Of a DNA stretch of 64,000 nt, positions 48,001 to 61,045 are shown in pieces (position 1 is the first letter of the stretch; each line of letters opens with the position of its first letter). Both the position numbers and the translations under genes were made by a program. Under the pieces are notes generated by a model. It did not search any database and was not told where the DNA came from. It was given only the letters and a program-made list of their open reading frames with translations. The DNA is from Eutreptiella sp. 'Long Island Sound 2002' (lineage: Eukaryota; Protista; Euglenida): the NCBI GenBank assembly GCA_964036045.1, contig OZ038378.1, positions 86,800,001 through 86,864,000 on the forward strand, read 5' to 3'.

Positions 48001-51000
48001 CGGACCACTCGCACTCCGCAAGTATTGCTATGCCGACGTCTGTGCACAGTCACACAGGGTCTAGGAAGCCCACTGCACCATGTGTGCCGCGCTGCACCAT
48101 TAGTTGTTTCTGTGTGGAGCCGCACTGCTTGGTGGTTTGCATTGCACTGCGCTGTGTGTGCCCTGCTCCTCTGCACTTGTGGTCAAAGGCCACTTGGCAA
48201 TGGAACTCTTGCAAAGCACTGCCACACTATGTGGAGGCTATGGACAGTGCAACTCCTACTGTGCATTGCCTCACTACCCATGGGCAGTGGGCAGCAGAGG
48301 TCCTCCGATGCAGCGCCTCACTACCTAGGAGCAATGGGCCGTGCAACTCGTGCAATGCAATGCCTCACTTCTTTGGGGTAGTGGGCGGTGCAACTCTTGC
48401 CATGTACGTCCTCACTGCCTTGGAGCAGTGGCCTGGGGGCGGTGCGCAGTTGAACTCCGGGAATGCAATGCCACAGTGCCTGGGGATAGTGGTCCTTGCA
48501 ACTCATGAAATGCACTGGCACACCGCCTGGGGTCAGTGGGCAGTGCAACTCCTGCATTACACTCGCCCACTCCTTGGGGGCAATGGGCAGTGGGACTCGT
48601 GCGATGGGTTGCCACACCGCCTGGGGCCTTGGGCAGTGCAATTCCTGCAATGCATTGCCACACAGCTTGGGGGCAGTGGGCCGTGGAATTTTTGGCAATG
48701 CCCAAGCCCACCAGCAGGGGGGAGGGGAAGACTTGCCCGGGATGTGGTCGTTGCCGTAATGAGCGGAATTTTTGCAATGCACTGCCACACTCCTTTGGGG
48801 CAGTGGGCAGTTGAACTCCGGCAATGCACTGCCTCACCGCGTGGAGATAATGCATTGTGAAACTTCTGCAATGTACTGCCACACTTCCTGTCGACAGTGG
48901 GCAGTGGAACTCTTGCAACATACTGCCTCACTGCACTGGGGCAGTGGGTAGTGCAACGCCTGCAATGCACTCCCCCGAGGTAGTGAGGCAGTGCATTGCA
49001 CAAGTACCACTGCCCACTGCCCACAAGCAGTGAGTCACTGCATTGCAGGAGTTCCACTGCCGACTGCCCCGAGGCAGTGAGGCACTGCATTGCACGAGTT
49101 CCACTGCCCACTGCCACCAGGCAGTGCGGCATAGGAACTTGTGCAATGCAGTGCCTCACTGCCTGGTCGCAGTGGGCAATGGAAATCCTGCAATACAGTG
49201 CCTCACTGCCTCCGGGCAGTGGGCTGTGGTACGTGTGCAATGCACTGCCTCACTACCTGGGGGCCATGGGCAATGGAAACCTTGCAGTACACTGCCTCAC
49301 TGCTTGGGTGCAGTGGGCAGTGCAACTCCTGCAATGCAATACACACCGCTTGGGGGCAGTGGGCCGTGGAATTTTTTCCAGTGCCCAGGCCCACCAGCTG
49401 GGGGGACGGGAAGACCTGCCCAGGATGTGGTCATTGCCGTAATGAGCGTAATTTTTGCAATGCACTGCCACACTCCTTTGGGGGCAGGGCGCAGGTGAAC
49501 TCCTGCAATGCACTGCCTCACCGCTAGGAGGCAATGCATTGTGAAACTTCTGCAATGTACTGCCACACTGCCTGTGGACAGTGGGCAGTGGAATTCTTGC
49601 AACGTATTGCCTCACTGCATGGGGGCAGTGGGCGTGCAACGCCTGCAATGCACTGCCGCATTGCCTGGTGGCAGTGGGCAGTGGAACTCTTGCAATGCAG
49701 TGCCTCACAGCTTCGGGGCAGTGGGCAGTGGAACTCCTGCAATGCCGTGACTCGCTGCTTGTGGGCAGTGGGCGCCGGTACTTGTGCAATGCAGTGCCTC
49801 ACTACCTGGGGGCAGTGGGCATGGGAACTCGTGCAATGCAGCCCCTCACTGCCCCGGGGTAGTGGGTAATGGGAATCGTGCAATACAGTGCCTCACTGCC
49901 TGGATGCAGCCGGGATTGCAACTTAAGCAATGCATTGCCTCACTGCCTGGGGCCACTGGGGTCTGTAACTTTTGCAATGCGCTGCCTTAGTGCCGGGGGG
50001 CAGTGGGCATTGGATCTCGTGCAATGCACTGCCTCACTGCCTGCGGGCAGTCGGCAGTGGAAATCCTGCAATACACTGCCTCATTGCCTGGGGGCAGTGG
50101 GCTGTGCAACTCCACCAATACATTGCCTCACCAGCTGGGGGCAGCATGAAGCGGACTTTCTACGATGCACGGCCACACCGCTTGGGAGTGGTAGGTAGTG
50201 CACCCCAACGGCTCGGGGGAGGGGGAGTCCTGCCCAGGAGGCAATCCGTGCCTAAAGAGCGGTACTCTTGCCATGCATTGCCACACTGCACACGGGCACT
50301 GGGCAGTCCAGTTCCCGCAATGCAATGCCACACTGCCTCAGAGCAGTGGGCAATGCAACTCTTGCACTGCACCGTCACACCACCTAGGGGCAGTGGGCAA
50401 TGAACCCTTCTTTCATGCGCGTGCCCACCAGCTGGGGGGACGGGGAGTTCTGCCTAGGAGGCTGTCGCTCCGTAATGAGCGGAATTCTTGCAATGCACTG
50501 CTACATTGTCGCAGGGCTGTGGGCAGTGGTACTCCTACAATATACTGCCACGCTGCATTGCCTCAGAGCCTTGGGGCAGTGGGACGTGGACTTTCTGCGA
50601 TGCACTGCCACACTGTCTGAAGGTAGTGGGCAGTGGAACTCCTGCAATGTAGTGCCTCGCCGGCTGCGGGCCGCGGGCTGAGCACCTTTTGCGCTGCACC
50701 GCCCCACTGCCTGGGGGCACTGGGAAGTGAAACTTCTGCAATGCACTGCCTCACTGCTTGGGCGTAGCGGGCAGTGGAACTCGTGCAATGCAGTGCCACA
50801 CTGTTTGAGTGTAGTGGGCAGTCGAACTCTTGCAATGTCCAGCCTCGCTGTCTAGGGGCAGTCGGCATTGGAACTCGTGCAACGCGCAACCACACGGTCG
50901 GAAGGCAGTGGAAACTCGACCTCCTCCAACACAGTGCCTCGCTGCTTGGGGGCAGTGGGCAGTGGAACTCGTGCAATGCACTGCCACACTGTATGAAGGC

Positions 51001-54000
51001 AGTGGGCAGTGGAACTTCTGCAATCCATTGTGTCGCTGCCTGGGTGCAATCGGCAGTGGAAGTCCTGCAAGGCACTTCCTCACTGCCTAGGCGCAGGGGG
51101 CAGTGGAACTCTTGCAACACACTGCTTCACTTTCTGGGGGCAGTGGGCTGTGCAACTCGTGCAATGCACTGCCACACTACCTGGGGGTAGTAGGCAGTGG
51201 AACTCTTGCACGGCACCGCCACCGCCTCGGGATGGTGAGCATGGAACTGCTACAATGCGCTGGCCCACCAGCTAGGGGGACAGGGAAACCTGCCCAGGAG
51301 GCGGTCGCTACCTAAAGAGCAGTACTCTTGCAATGCACTGCCATACTGCTTTAGGGCAATGGGCAGTGCGACTCCTATCATGCACACTGCTCAGGGGCGC
51401 TGGGCAGTGGAACTCGTGCAACGCGCTGCCACACTGCCCGGGGGCAATGGCTAGTCCATTTTTGCAATGCAATGCCATAGTGCCTAGGAACACTGTGCAC
51501 TGCAACTCCTGCAAAGCACTACCCCAACGCCGAGGGGCAGTGGGCACAGGAAATCCTACAATGCAACGCCTCACTGCCGGGGGGCACGGGTTAGTGCAAC
51601 TCCTACACTGCGCTACCCAAATGCCTCGGGGCAGAAAGCTGTGGGACTCCTAGCATGCACTGCCAGACTACCTAGGGGCAGTGGGCGGTGGAACTCCCAC
51701 AAGGCAATGCCAGCTTGCTTGGCGGCAGTGGGCAGTGCAAGTCGTGCAATGCATTGCACTCACTGCCCAAGGGCAGTGGGCAGCGGAACTCCTACGATGA
51801 GGTGCCACACTGCCCGGGGGCAGTGGGCAGTGGAACTCCTGCAATGCACTGCCCCACTGCCCGGGGGCAGTGGGCAGTGCAGATCCCCCACAAGGAACTC
51901 CCACAAGGCAATGCCACCCTGCTTGGGGGCAGTGGGCAGTGCAAGTCGTGCAAAGTATTGCACTCACTGCCCAAGGGCAGTGGGCAGCGGAACTCTTACA
52001 ATGAGGTGCCACCCTGCCCGGGGGCAGTGGGCAGTGGAACGCCTGCAATGCACTGCCCCACGGCCCGGGGGCAGTGGGCAGTGCAGATAGTGCAATGCAC
52101 CGCCCCATCGCCTAGGGGCGGTGCGCAGTGGGACTCCTTTCATGCACTGCCACACCGCCTTGGGGCAGTGTGGCAACGGAACTTGTGCTATGCAATGCCT
52201 CACTGCCTGGGGACAGGGGTAGTGCAACTCGTGCAATGCACTGCACTCCCCGCCTAGTGGCCGTGGGCAGTGGGAGTCGTGCAATGCAACGCCACACTGG
52301 TCGCGGGCAGTGGGCAGTGGCACTGCTGCAATGCACTACCTCACTGTTTGGGGGCACTAGGCAGTGCAAATCATGTTATGCACTGCCACAGTGCTTTTTT
52401 GGGGCATCGAGAAGTGGAAGTGCTGCAATGCGCGGGCCCAACAGCTTGGGGGCTGGGGAATGCACCCTTGGAGGCAGCCTTTGCCTATAGAGCGGACTTC
52501 TAGCAATGCAGTGCCACACTGCCTAGGGTAGTGGGCGGCAGAACTCCTCCAATGTAGTGCCCCACTGCCTCACGGCGGTGGGCAATCAAGCTCCTGCAAA
52601 TAGTGCCACATTGCATTGGGGCACGGGGGTAGTGCAACTTCTGTAATGCACTGCCTCACCGCCTGAGCGCCTGCAATGAACTCCCCCACGGCCTAGGGGC
52701 AATGGACATTCCAACTCCTGTGATGCACTGCACTCAGTGCCTTAGTGCAACGGGCAGTGGAACTCCTGCAATGCACTGCCACACTGCCCGGGGGCATTGG
52801 GCAGTGGAACTCCTGCAATGGACTACCTCACTACTTGGGGGTAGTGGGCACCGGGGCTCCTACCATGCAAATGCGCTGCCACAGTGCTGGGGGGCAGTGG
52901 GCAGCGGAAATCCTACAACGCGCAGGCCCACCAGCTTGGGGGACGGGGATTCGTTCCCAAGAGGTGGTCACTGCCTAAAGAGCGGAATTTTTACAATGCA
53001 GGGCCACTCTGCCTAGGGTAGTCGGCAATGGAATTACTGCAACGTACTACTACACTGCATGGGGGAAGCGGGCAGTAGAAACCATGCAACGCACTGCCCC
53101 CAGCCCCCAACTCTGCAACTCCTGTAATGCGGTGCCTCACCGCCCGGGGGCGGTGGGCAATGCAAGTCCTGCAATGCAGTGCCCCACTGCCTGGGGGCAG
53201 TGAAACTCTTGTCATTCTGTGCTATACTGCCCAGTGGCATTTGACAGTGGAACTCATGCACATCAACACCTTATCGCCTTGGAGCGGTGGGCAGTTGAAG
53301 TCTTGCAATACACTACCTCACTGCCTGGGGGCAGTGGGCAATGCAACTCCAGCAACACATTGCCTCACTGCCTAGGGGCAAAGGGTAGTGCAATTTTTGC
53401 GATGCACTACCGGCAGGGGGTTGCAGGCAGCGGAACTCTTGCAATGTTTGGGCCCTCTAGCTTGGGGCCCGGGAGTTGTTCCCAGGATTTGTTCCCAGGA
53501 GGAAGTTGCTACCTAAAAGCTTAAATTCTACGATGCACTGCCACAAGACCTTGGGGCAGCGCGCAATGCACCTCTTGCAGTGCTCTGCCTTCCTGCCCGG
53601 GGCCATGGGGCAGTGCAACTCTTGCCTTGCACTGCCACACTGCCCAGGGGCAGTTGGCAGTGGAACTCCTACAATGCACAGCCTCACTGCCACGGGGCAA
53701 TGGGTAGTGCAACTCTTGATACGCAGTGCACTCACTGCCCAGGGGCAGTGGGCAGTGCAACTCCTGCAGTACACTGCACTCACAGCCTAGGGGCAGTGGG
53801 CTGTAGAACTCCTGCCATGAGCTGCCACCCTGCCCAGTGGCAGTGGGCAATGCAAATCGTGCAATGCACTGCCCCATCGCCTAGGGGCAGTGCGCAGTGG
53901 GACTCCTTTCATGCACTGCCACACTGCCCAAGCGCAGTGGGCAGTGGAACTCGTGCAATGCAATGCCTCAGTTCGTAGGGGCAGTGGGCAGTGCAACTCC

Positions 54001-56537
54001 TGCAATGCATTGCACTCACTACCTAGGGGCAGTAGGCAGTGGAACTCGTGCAATGCACTGCCACATTGCTCGGGGGCAGTGGGCACTGGCACTGCTGCAA
54101 TGCAGTGCCTCAATGCCTGGGGGCAGTAGGCAGTGCAACTCGTGTTATGCACTGCCATAGTGCTTTTGGGGGCTCTCGGCAGCGGAACTCGTGCAATGCG
54201 CGGGCCCACTGCCTTGTGGGCTAGGGAGTCGTGCCTTGGATACGGTCACTGTCTAAAGAGCGGAATTCTTGCAATACAGTGCCACCCTGCCCCGCGTAGT
54301 GCGCGGCGGAACTCCTGCAATGTGCTGCCACACTGCTTCGGGGCAGTGGGCAGTCAAGCTTCTGCAAATTGTGCCGCATTGCCTTGGGGCATGGGGCAGT
54401 GCACCTCCTGTAGTGCAGCTCGTCACCCCTTGAGAGCGCTGGGCAGTGCTAATCGTGCAATGCAGTCCCCGACTGCCTGGGGGCAGTGGGCACTGCAACT
54501 CGTACGATGAAGTGCACTCACTGCCTAAGGGCAGTGGGCAGTGGAACTCATGCAATGCACCGCCACACTGCTCGGGGGCAGTGGGCGGTGGAACTCCTAC
54601 CACGCAAATGCACCGCCACATTGCTTGGGCGCAATGGGCACCGGAACTCCTACAACTCGCCGGCCCACGAGCTGGGGGGACGGATTTCTTGCCCAGGAGG
54701 CGGTCACTGCCTAAAGAGCGGAATTCTTGCAGTGCACCGCCACACTACCTCGGATAGTGGGCAGTGGAATTGCTGCAATGTACTACTACACTGCATGGGG
54801 GAAGCGGGCAGTACAAACCATGCAACGCACAGCCCCTAGCCCCAACCCTGCAACTCGTGTAATGTGCTGCCCCACGCCCGGGGGCGGTGGGCAGTGCAAG
54901 TCCTGCAATGCAGTGCCCCACTGCCTGGGGGCAGTGGAACTCTTGTCATTCCGTGCCATATTGCCCAAGGCCATTGGACAGTGGGACTCATGCACTACAA
55001 CACGTTACCGCCTTGGTGGGTAGTGCAACTCTTGCACTGTAATGCCTTAGTGCCTTGGGCCAGTGGTAACTGGAACTCCTACAATACACTACCTCACTGC
55101 CTCTCACTACCTGGGGGCAGTGGGCAATGCAACTCCAACAACGCAGTGCCTCACTTCCTAGGGGCACCGGGCAGTCTTTTTTGTGCAATGCACTACCATG
55201 CCGGCTGGGGATCGGAGGCAGTGCAACTCATGCAATGTGTGGGCCCACCAACTAGGGGCCGGAGAGTTGTGCCCAAGAGGCGGTCGCTACCTAAAAGCTG
55301 AAATCCTACGATGCACTGCCACACCACCTTGGGGAAACGAGCAATGCAACTCTTGCAGTGCTCTGCCTTACTGCCCGGAGCCACAGGGCAGTGCAACTCG
55401 TGCTTTGCACTGCCCCGCTACCAAAAGGCAATGGGCAGTGAAACTCCTGACATGCACTGCCACACTGCGAGGGGGAAGTGGGCAATGGAACTCCTACAAT
55501 GTACTGCCTCACTGCCGGGGAGCCAGTGGGCATTGCAACTCTTGCAATGCACTGCACTCACTGCCTCGGGGCAGTGGGCAGTGGGACTCCTGCAACGAGC
55601 TGCCACATTGCCCAGTGGCAGTGGGCAGTGCAACTCCTGCAATACACTGCACTCACTGCTTGAGGGCAGTGGGCAGTGGAACTACTGCAATGAGCTGCCA
55701 CACTACCAAGGGTTACTGGAAATGCCAATCGTGCAATGCACTGCCTCATCGCCTAGGGGCAGTGCGCAGTGGGACTCCTTTCATGCACTGCCACACTGCC
55801 CAAGGGCACTGGGCAGTGGAACTTGTGCAATGCAATGCCTCACTGCCCAAGGACAATGGGCAGTGCAACTCCTGCAATGCATTGCACTCACCGCCTAGGG
55901 GCAGTGGGCAGTGGAACTTGTGCAATGCACTCCCACATTGCTCGGGGGCAGCGGGCCGTGGCACTACTGCAATGCACTACCACACTGCCTTGGGGCAGTA
56001 GGCAGTGCAACTCATGTTATGCACTGCCATAGTGCTTTTGGGGGCTTTGTGCAGCGGAACTCCTGCAATGCGCTGCCCCACCACTTTGGGGGTTGGGCTG
56101 TCCAGCGTTTGAGGCGATCACTTCCTAAAGAGCGGACTTCTTGCAATACAGTGCCACACTGCCTGGGGTAGTGGGCGGCGGAACTCCTGCAATGTACTGC
56201 CACACTGCCTTGGGTAGTGGGCAGTCAAGCTTCTGCAAATCGTGCTGCATTGCCTTGGGGCCGGGGGCAGTGCAACTCCTACCATGCACGGCACTCACTG
56301 CTTGAGTACAGTTGGCAGCGGAACTCCTGCAATGCACTGCCACACCGCCCGGGGGCAGCGGGAAATGAAATTCCCGAAATGGACTACCTCAGCTCCTAGG
56401 GGCAGGGGGAAGTGGAACTTCTACCATGCAAATGCACTGCCACAATGCCGGGGGCAGTGGGCAGCGGAACTCTTGCAATGCGCCGGCCCACCAGCTTGGG
56501 GGACGGCGATTCTTGCCCAGGAGACAGTCACTGCCTA

Positions 56538-57250
56538 GGCGACCTGAAAATTGCTATGCGGGGGGGGGGGTCGACATGAACGCCTGCCGAAGGAGGGTGG
56601 GGGGGGGTTGGAGAAATGGACGTCCATGCCGGGCCCCTTAACAAGGGGCAATTTTGTAGGTTTGTTTGAAAATCACCTCGAAGAGAGGTTGTTAGATCAA
56701 GCGCTGGATATCATTTTTTTTAGGGGGGTGGGGGGGTGGGGGTTTGGGTTGGGGCGTCCAAAGTTTTTGCTCAGAAGCGTCCAAGCAGTGGGGACGCAAT
56801 TAGCCGACACACAGGTGCTGGTCGCATGGTAACGCAGCCGACGGACAGTTTTCGGTCGGCGGTTCGAAACCTGGTCGGCTAATTTTTAGCGGCGGCAGCG
56901 GCGGTGTAAAATTCGCCTTGCCGGGGTTTGAACCGCCGAGCTAAAAGGCCCCAGTCGGCTTCGCTGCCACTCGGCCACCGCTTGGTCTAAACCCAAGGGT
57001 CTCCCCACTGCTTGGGGCCGCATGTGCCACTGACAAAAAACCAATGCGATAAGCCGCGGCAAGGCCTGGGTTGGGCATTGCATGGCAGCCGGAAGTGACC
57101 TCGGGTCATCGTACCCCTAAACCAAAGTACCGGCCCCGCTGGCACTCGGTAACTATGGTTCCGGCACCACGACCAAGGAGGGGGGGGGGGGTTGGAAATT
57201 GGGCGTTCATGTCACCCCCCCCCCCCTTGCAGAGCAGTTTTCCTCCCGCC
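56538..57250. mobile_element. 713-bp MITE, ~50-bp imperfect TIRs beginning GGCG, 3-bp CTA target duplication (copy 1)
   Basis: CTGC-CTA|GGCGACCTGAAAATTGCTATGC(G)nTCGACATGAACGCC ... GGGCGTTCATGTCA(C)nTTGCAGAGCAGTTTTCCTCCCGCC|CTA-AAGAGCGG. Empty sites CTGCCTAAAGAGCGG occur at ~52971 and ~54707. Confidence 0.9.
56812..56985. ncRNA. Convergent pair of tRNA-like A/B-box units inside the MITE (also at ~58921-59092 and ~61319-61491)
   Basis: Plus strand TGGTGGAATGG...GGTTCGAATCC (copy 3 wording), then TTTTT; minus strand TGGCCGAGTGG...GGTTCAAACCC, then TTTT. No complete cloverleaf. Confidence 0.55.
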
Positions 57251-58640
57251 CTAAAGAGCGGAATTCTTGCAATGCACTGCCACACTGCCTCGGGTAGTGG
57301 GCAGTGGAATTGCTGCAATGTACTGCTACATCGCATGGCGGAAGCGGGCAGTAGAAACCATGCGACGCACTGCCGCCAATCCCCAACTGTGCAACTCTTG
57401 TAATGTAGTGTCCCACGCCCGGGGGTGGTGGGTAGTGCAAATCTTGCACATCTGTGCCCCACTGCTAGGGGGCAGTGGAACTCTAGTCATTCAATGCCAT
57501 ACTGCCCAGGGGCATTGGACAGTGGAGCTCATACACTGCAACGCCTTACCATCTTGGAGCAGTGGGCAGTGCAACTGCTGCACTGCAATGTGTTACTGCC
57601 TGGGGGCCGTGGGCAGTGCAACTCCTGCAATACACTACCTCACTGCCTTGCGGCAGTGGGTAGTGCAATTTTTGCAATGCCCTACCATACCGGCTGGGGC
57701 TGGCAGGCAGTGGACCTCTTGCAATGCGTGGGCCGACCAGTTGGAGGCCGGCGAGTTGGGCCCACGAAGCGGTCGCTACCTAAAAGCTGAACTCCTACGA
57801 TGCACTGGCACACTACCTTGTGGCAGTGCGCAATGCAACTTTTGTAGTGCTCTGCCTTACATCCCGGGGCCGCGGGGCAGTGCAACTGGTGCTTTGCACT
57901 GTTCCAGTGCCTCGGGGCAGTGGGCACTGGAACTCCTATCATGCACTACCACACTAGCCAGGGGCAATGGGCAGTGGAACTCCTACAGTGCACTGCCTCA
58001 CTGCCGGGGGGCAGTGGGTAGTGCAACTCTTGCAATGCATTGCATTCAATGCCTAGGGGCAGTGGGCAGTGCAACTCCTGCAATACACTGCCCTCACGGC
58101 TGTGGAACTCCTGCACTAGGCCGCCACACTACCAAGGGGTAGTGGAAATGCAAATCGTGCAATACAGTGCCCATCGCCTAGGGGCACTGGGCAGTGGAAC
58201 TTGTGCAATGCAGTGCCTCACTGCCCAAGGACAATGGGCAGTGCAACTCTTGCAATGCATTGCAACCACTGCCTAGGGGCAGTGGGCAGTGGAACTTGTG
58301 CAATGCACTGCCACATTGCTCGGGGGCAACGGGCAGTGGCACTGCTGCAATGCAATACCACACTACCAAGCTTCTGCAAATCGTGCCGCATTGCCTTGGG
58401 GCCGGGGGCAGTGCAACTCTTACCATGCACGGCACTCACTGCCACACTGCCCTGGGGCAGTGGGAAATGGAATTCCTGAAATGGACTACCTCAGCGCCTG
58501 GGGGCCGGGGTAACTGGAACTCCTACCATGCAAATGCACTGCCACAATGCCGGGGGGCAGTGGGCAGCGGAACTCTTGCAACGCGCCGGGCCTCTAGCTT
58601 GGGGGACGGGGATTCTTGCCGAGGAGAAGGTCACTGCCTA

Positions 58641-59355
58641 GGTGACCTGAAAATTGCTATGCGGGGGGGCTGGGGGGGTGACATTAACACCCGCTGAAGG
58701 AGGGGTGGGGGGGGTTGGAGCAATGGACGTCCGTGCCGGGCCCTTTAACAAGGGGCAGCTTTGTAGGTTTGTTTGAAAATCACCTCGAAGAGAGGTTGTT
58801 AGATCAAGCGCTGGATATCATTTTTATTAGGGGGGTGGGGGGGTGGGGGTTTGGGGGGGGGGGGGTCAAAAGGTTTTGCTTAGAAGCGTCCAAGCAGTGG
58901 GGACGCAATTAGCCAGCACACAGCTGCTGGTAGAATGGTAACGCAGCCGACGGACAGTTTTTTGTCGGCGGTTCGAATCCTGGTCGGCTAATTTTTAGCG
59001 GCGGCGGCGGCGGTGTAAAATTCGCCCTGCCGGGGTTTGAACCGCCAAGCAAAAAGGCTCCAGTCGGCTGCAGTGCCACTCGGCCACTGCTTGGTCTGAA
59101 CCGAAGGGTCTCCCCGCTGCTTGGGGCCGCATTTGCCACTGACAAAAAACCAATGCGGTAAGGCGCGGCAAGGCCTAGGTGGGGCGCTGCATGGCAGCCG
59201 GAAGTGACCTGGGGTCATAGTACCCCTAAACCAAAGTACCACCCCCGCTGGCACTCGGTAACTATGCTTCCGGCACGACGACCAAGGAGGGGGGGGGGGG
59301 CTGGAAAATGGGCGTTCATGTCAGCCCCCCCTTGCAGAGCAATTGTCTTCCCGCC
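58641..59355. mobile_element. Same MITE, copy 2 (715 bp)
   Basis: Same termini and CTA flanks at the same satellite position. Confidence 0.9.
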
Positions 59356-61045
59356 CTAAAGAGCGGAATTCTTGCAACGCACTGCCACACTGCCTCGGGT
59401 AGTGGGCAGTGGAATTGCTGCAATGTACCGCTACATTGAATGGCGGAAGCGGGCAGTAGAAACCATGCAACGCACTGCCGCCAATCCCCAACTCTGCAAC
59501 TCTTGTAATGCAGTGTCCCAGGCCCGGGGGTGGTGGGTAGTGCAAATCCTGGAATGCAGTGCCCCACTGCCTGGGGGCAGTGGAACTCTAGTCATACAAT
59601 GCCATAGTGCCCAGGGGCATTGGACAGTGGAGCTCATACACTGCAACGCCTTACCGTCTTGGAGCAGTGGGCAGTGCAACTCCTGCACTGCAATGTGTTA
59701 CTGCCTTGGGGCGGTGGGCAGTGGAACTCCTGCAATACACTACCCTACCGCCTTGCGGCGGTGGGCAGTGCAATTTTTGCAATGCCTCACCATACCGGCC
59801 GGGGCTGGCACGCAGTGGACCTCTTGCAATGCGTGGGCCGACCAGCTGGGGGCCGGCGAGTTGGGCCCACGAAGCAGTCGCTACCTAAAAGCTGAACTCC
59901 TACGATGCACTGTCACACTACCTTGTGGCAGTGCGCAATGCAACTTTTGCAGTGCTCTGCCTTACTACCTGGGGCCGCGGGGCAGTGCAACTGGTCCTTT
60001 GCACTGTTTCACTGCCTCGGGGCAGCGGGCACTGGAACTCCTATCATGCACTACGACACTAGCCAGGGGCAGTGGGCAGTGGAACTCCTACAGTGCACTG
60101 CCTCACTGCCGGGGGGTAGTGGGTAGTGCAACTCTTGCAATGCATTGCATTCACTGCCTAGGGGCAGTGGGCAGTGCAACTCTTGCAATACACTGCCCTC
60201 ACGGCCCAGGGGCAGTGGGCTGTGGAACTGTTGCCCTGGGCCGCCACACTACCAAGGGGTAGTGGAAATGCAAATCGTGCAATGCGCTGCCCCATCGCCT
60301 AGGGGCAGTGCGCAGTGGGACTCGTTTCATGCACTGCCACACTGCCCAAGGGCACTGGGCAGTGGAACTTGTGCAATGCAATGCCTCACTGCCTAGGGAC
60401 AATGGGCAGTGCAACTCTTGCAATGTATTGCAACCACTGCCTAGGGGCAGTGGGCAGTGGAACTTGTGCAATGCACTGCCACATTGCTCGGGGGCAGCGG
60501 GCAGTGGCACTACTGCAATGCACTACCACACTACCTTGGGGCAGTAGGCAGTGCAACTCATGTTATGCACTGCCACAATGCTTTTGGGGGCTCTAGGCAG
60601 CGCAACTCCTACAATGCGCTGGCCCACCACCTTGGGGGTTGAGGAGTCCAGCGTTGGAGGCGATCACTGCCTAAATAGCGGACTTCTTGCAATACAATGC
60701 CACACTGCCTGGGGTAGTGGGCGGCGGAACTCGTGCAATGTACTGCCACACTGCCTTGGGTAGTGGGCAGTCAAGCTTCTGCAAATCGTGCAGCATTGCC
60801 TTGGGGCCTGGGGCAGTGCAACTCCTACCATGCACGGCACTCACTGCCACACTGCCCTGGGGCACTGGGAAATGGAATTCCTGAAATGAACTACCTCAGC
60901 GCCTAGGGGCAGGGGGAAGTGGAACTCCTACCATGCAAATGCACTGCCACAATGCCGGGGGGCAGTGGGCAGCGGAACTCTTGCAACGCGCCGGCCCTCA
61001 AGCTTGGGGGACGGGGATTTTTGCCAAGAAGACGGTCACTGCCTA

